Shown in pieces: positions 29,618 to 30,706 of a DNA stretch of 30,706 nt (position 1 is its first letter; each line of letters starts with the position of its first letter). The position numbers and the translations under genes were made by a program. This DNA is from Candidatus Peribacteria bacterium (GTDB taxonomy: Bacteria; Patescibacteriota; Gracilibacteria; Peribacterales; Peribacteraceae), in assembly GCA_041691135.1 (NCBI GenBank), contig JBEPVF010000015.1, forward strand, positions 1 through 30,706, written 5' to 3'. A model generated the notes under the pieces. The model ran no database searches, was not told where the DNA came from, and worked only from the letters and a program-made list of their open reading frames with translations.

Positions 29618-29685
29618 GACATGAACTCAACAGAGTCTGCAATCGCCCGGGCTGAGCCTTGAGCAACATAGGAAGTATCCAGGAA

Positions 29686-30706
29686 ATGGAAACCGCCACC
29701 GCGCAATCCAGGACTCTGAAATCGGGACAAAACACGAAGCCTCATTCGACCGATGATTTGAAGTCTTTGCCACTCGATGAGGTGGAGAAGAAGCTGCGAT
29801 CATCGCCGGATGGCCTCACTCAAGCCGAAGCCCAGAAACGATTAGCCCAGTATGGGCCGAACGAGATCGAAGAGAAGAAAACAAATTCGTTCCTGAAATT
29901 CCTCACCTATTTCTGGGGGCCCATCCCGTGGATGATCGAAGCAGCCGTGGTTCTGTCTGCGATCTCCCGGCATTGGCCGGATTTCGGCATCATCTTGCTG
30001 CTGCTTTTGGCAAACGCCGTCGTCGGGTTCTGGGAAGAACGCCAGGCGGGCGACGCCATCGATGCGCTGAAGGCGAAGCTGGCGGTCAAGGCCCGCGTGA
30101 AACGCGATGGAAAATGGATCAACCCGCTGGCACGTGAACTGGTGCCGGGTGACGCCATCCGGTTGCGCCAGGGCGATATTGTGCCGGCGGATGCCAGGCT
30201 GCTGGCAGGCGATCCTGTCGAGGTGGATCAGTCGGCATTGACGGGCGAATCGCTGCCCGCCACGCGAAAGCCCGGCGAAGCCGTATTTTCCGGTTCGATC
30301 ATCCGTCAGGGCGAAATCGGCGCTCTCGTTTATTCCACAGGGACGAACACCTATTTTGGCAAGACCGCAGAACTGGTGCAGGGCGCGCATACTGTCAGCC
30401 ATTTTCAACGCGCCGTTCTGAGAATCGGCAATTACCTGATCATCCTCGCGGTGGTTTTGGTGGCCGTGATTGTCACCGTCGCGATCTACCGCGGCGACCC
30501 GATTCTTACGACGCTGCAGTTCGCCCTGGTGCTGACCGTGGCCGCAATTCCGGTGGCGATGCCCACGGTTCTGTCGGTAACGATGGCGGTCGGTGCACGT
30601 CTGCTCGCCAGAAAGCAAGCGATTGTGAGCCGATTGGTCGCCATCGAAGAGCTGGCGGGAGTGGATGTACTGTGTGCAGACAAGACCGGCACGCTGACCC
30701 AGAACA
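29686..30706 (+). CDS. Plasma-membrane proton-efflux P-type ATPase (P3A), 5' part, running off the right edge
   Basis: Not in the ORF track because there is no stop. Manual translation: GLTQAEAQKRLAQYGPNEI, FWGPIPWMIE, VDQSALTGESLP, GHF-like SHFQRAV, AIPVAMPTVLSVTMAVGA, LCADKTGTLTQN. Confidence 0.93.
   Translation, partial: METATAQSRTLKSGQNTKPHSTDDLKSLPLDEVEKKLRSSPDGLTQAEAQKRLAQYGPNEIEEKKTNSFLKFLTYFWGPIPWMIEAAVVLSAISRHWPDFGIILLLLLANAVVGFWEERQAGDAIDALKAKLAVKARVKRDGKWINPLARELVPGDAIRLRQGDIVPADARLLAGDPVEVDQSALTGESLPATRKPGEAVFSGSIIRQGEIGALVYSTGTNTYFGKTAELVQGAHTVSHFQRAVLRIGNYLIILAVVLVAVIVTVAIYRGDPILTTLQFALVLTVAAIPVAMPTVLSVTMAVGARLLARKQAIVSRLVAIEELAGVDVLCADKTGTLTQN

Noticed and set aside
29842-30618. 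258-aa minus-strand ORF
   Set aside because: Antisense of the P-type ATPase.
1-30706. Integrase, tRNA/rRNA, CRISPR array, anti-phage genes or the cognate FixJ-like regulator
   Set aside because: Looked for by eye and not found in this window.

Overview
Alphaproteobacterial DNA, most likely Bradyrhizobium/Nitrobacter/Rhodopseudomonas-like, judged from protein similarity by eye. The window starts in the 5' end of dusA (minus strand), a known island integration hot spot. An inverted repeat next to it copies the dusA W-T-D codons, and decayed gene remnants follow (Na/Pi cotransporter, phnY, a conserved hypothetical). From about 1.3 kb onward is an accessory stress/fermentation cluster: GH13 amylase, YbhGFSR-like ABC exporter, CDF and VIT1 metal transporters, an IS5 remnant, dnaK-cbpA-cbpM, mlaEFD, a gnd-zwf-cof-cof-gntK-MFS-fbaB-rpe-pgl operon, MFS-ldhA, a single-domain response regulator, a membrane stress protein and the 5' part of a P3A H+-ATPase. 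zwf, pgl, fbaB and mlaF are disrupted. The main observation is a 19-bp motif, YTRRGTAGTTTCCGASYCT, in 8 intergenic copies. Each points toward an operon and lies 25-26 bp (counted from the 16-bp core) upstream of a -10-like hexamer. It resembles the class I FixJ site, which suggests the cluster is one directly activated FixJ-like regulon. All assignments come from reading the sequence; no searches were run.
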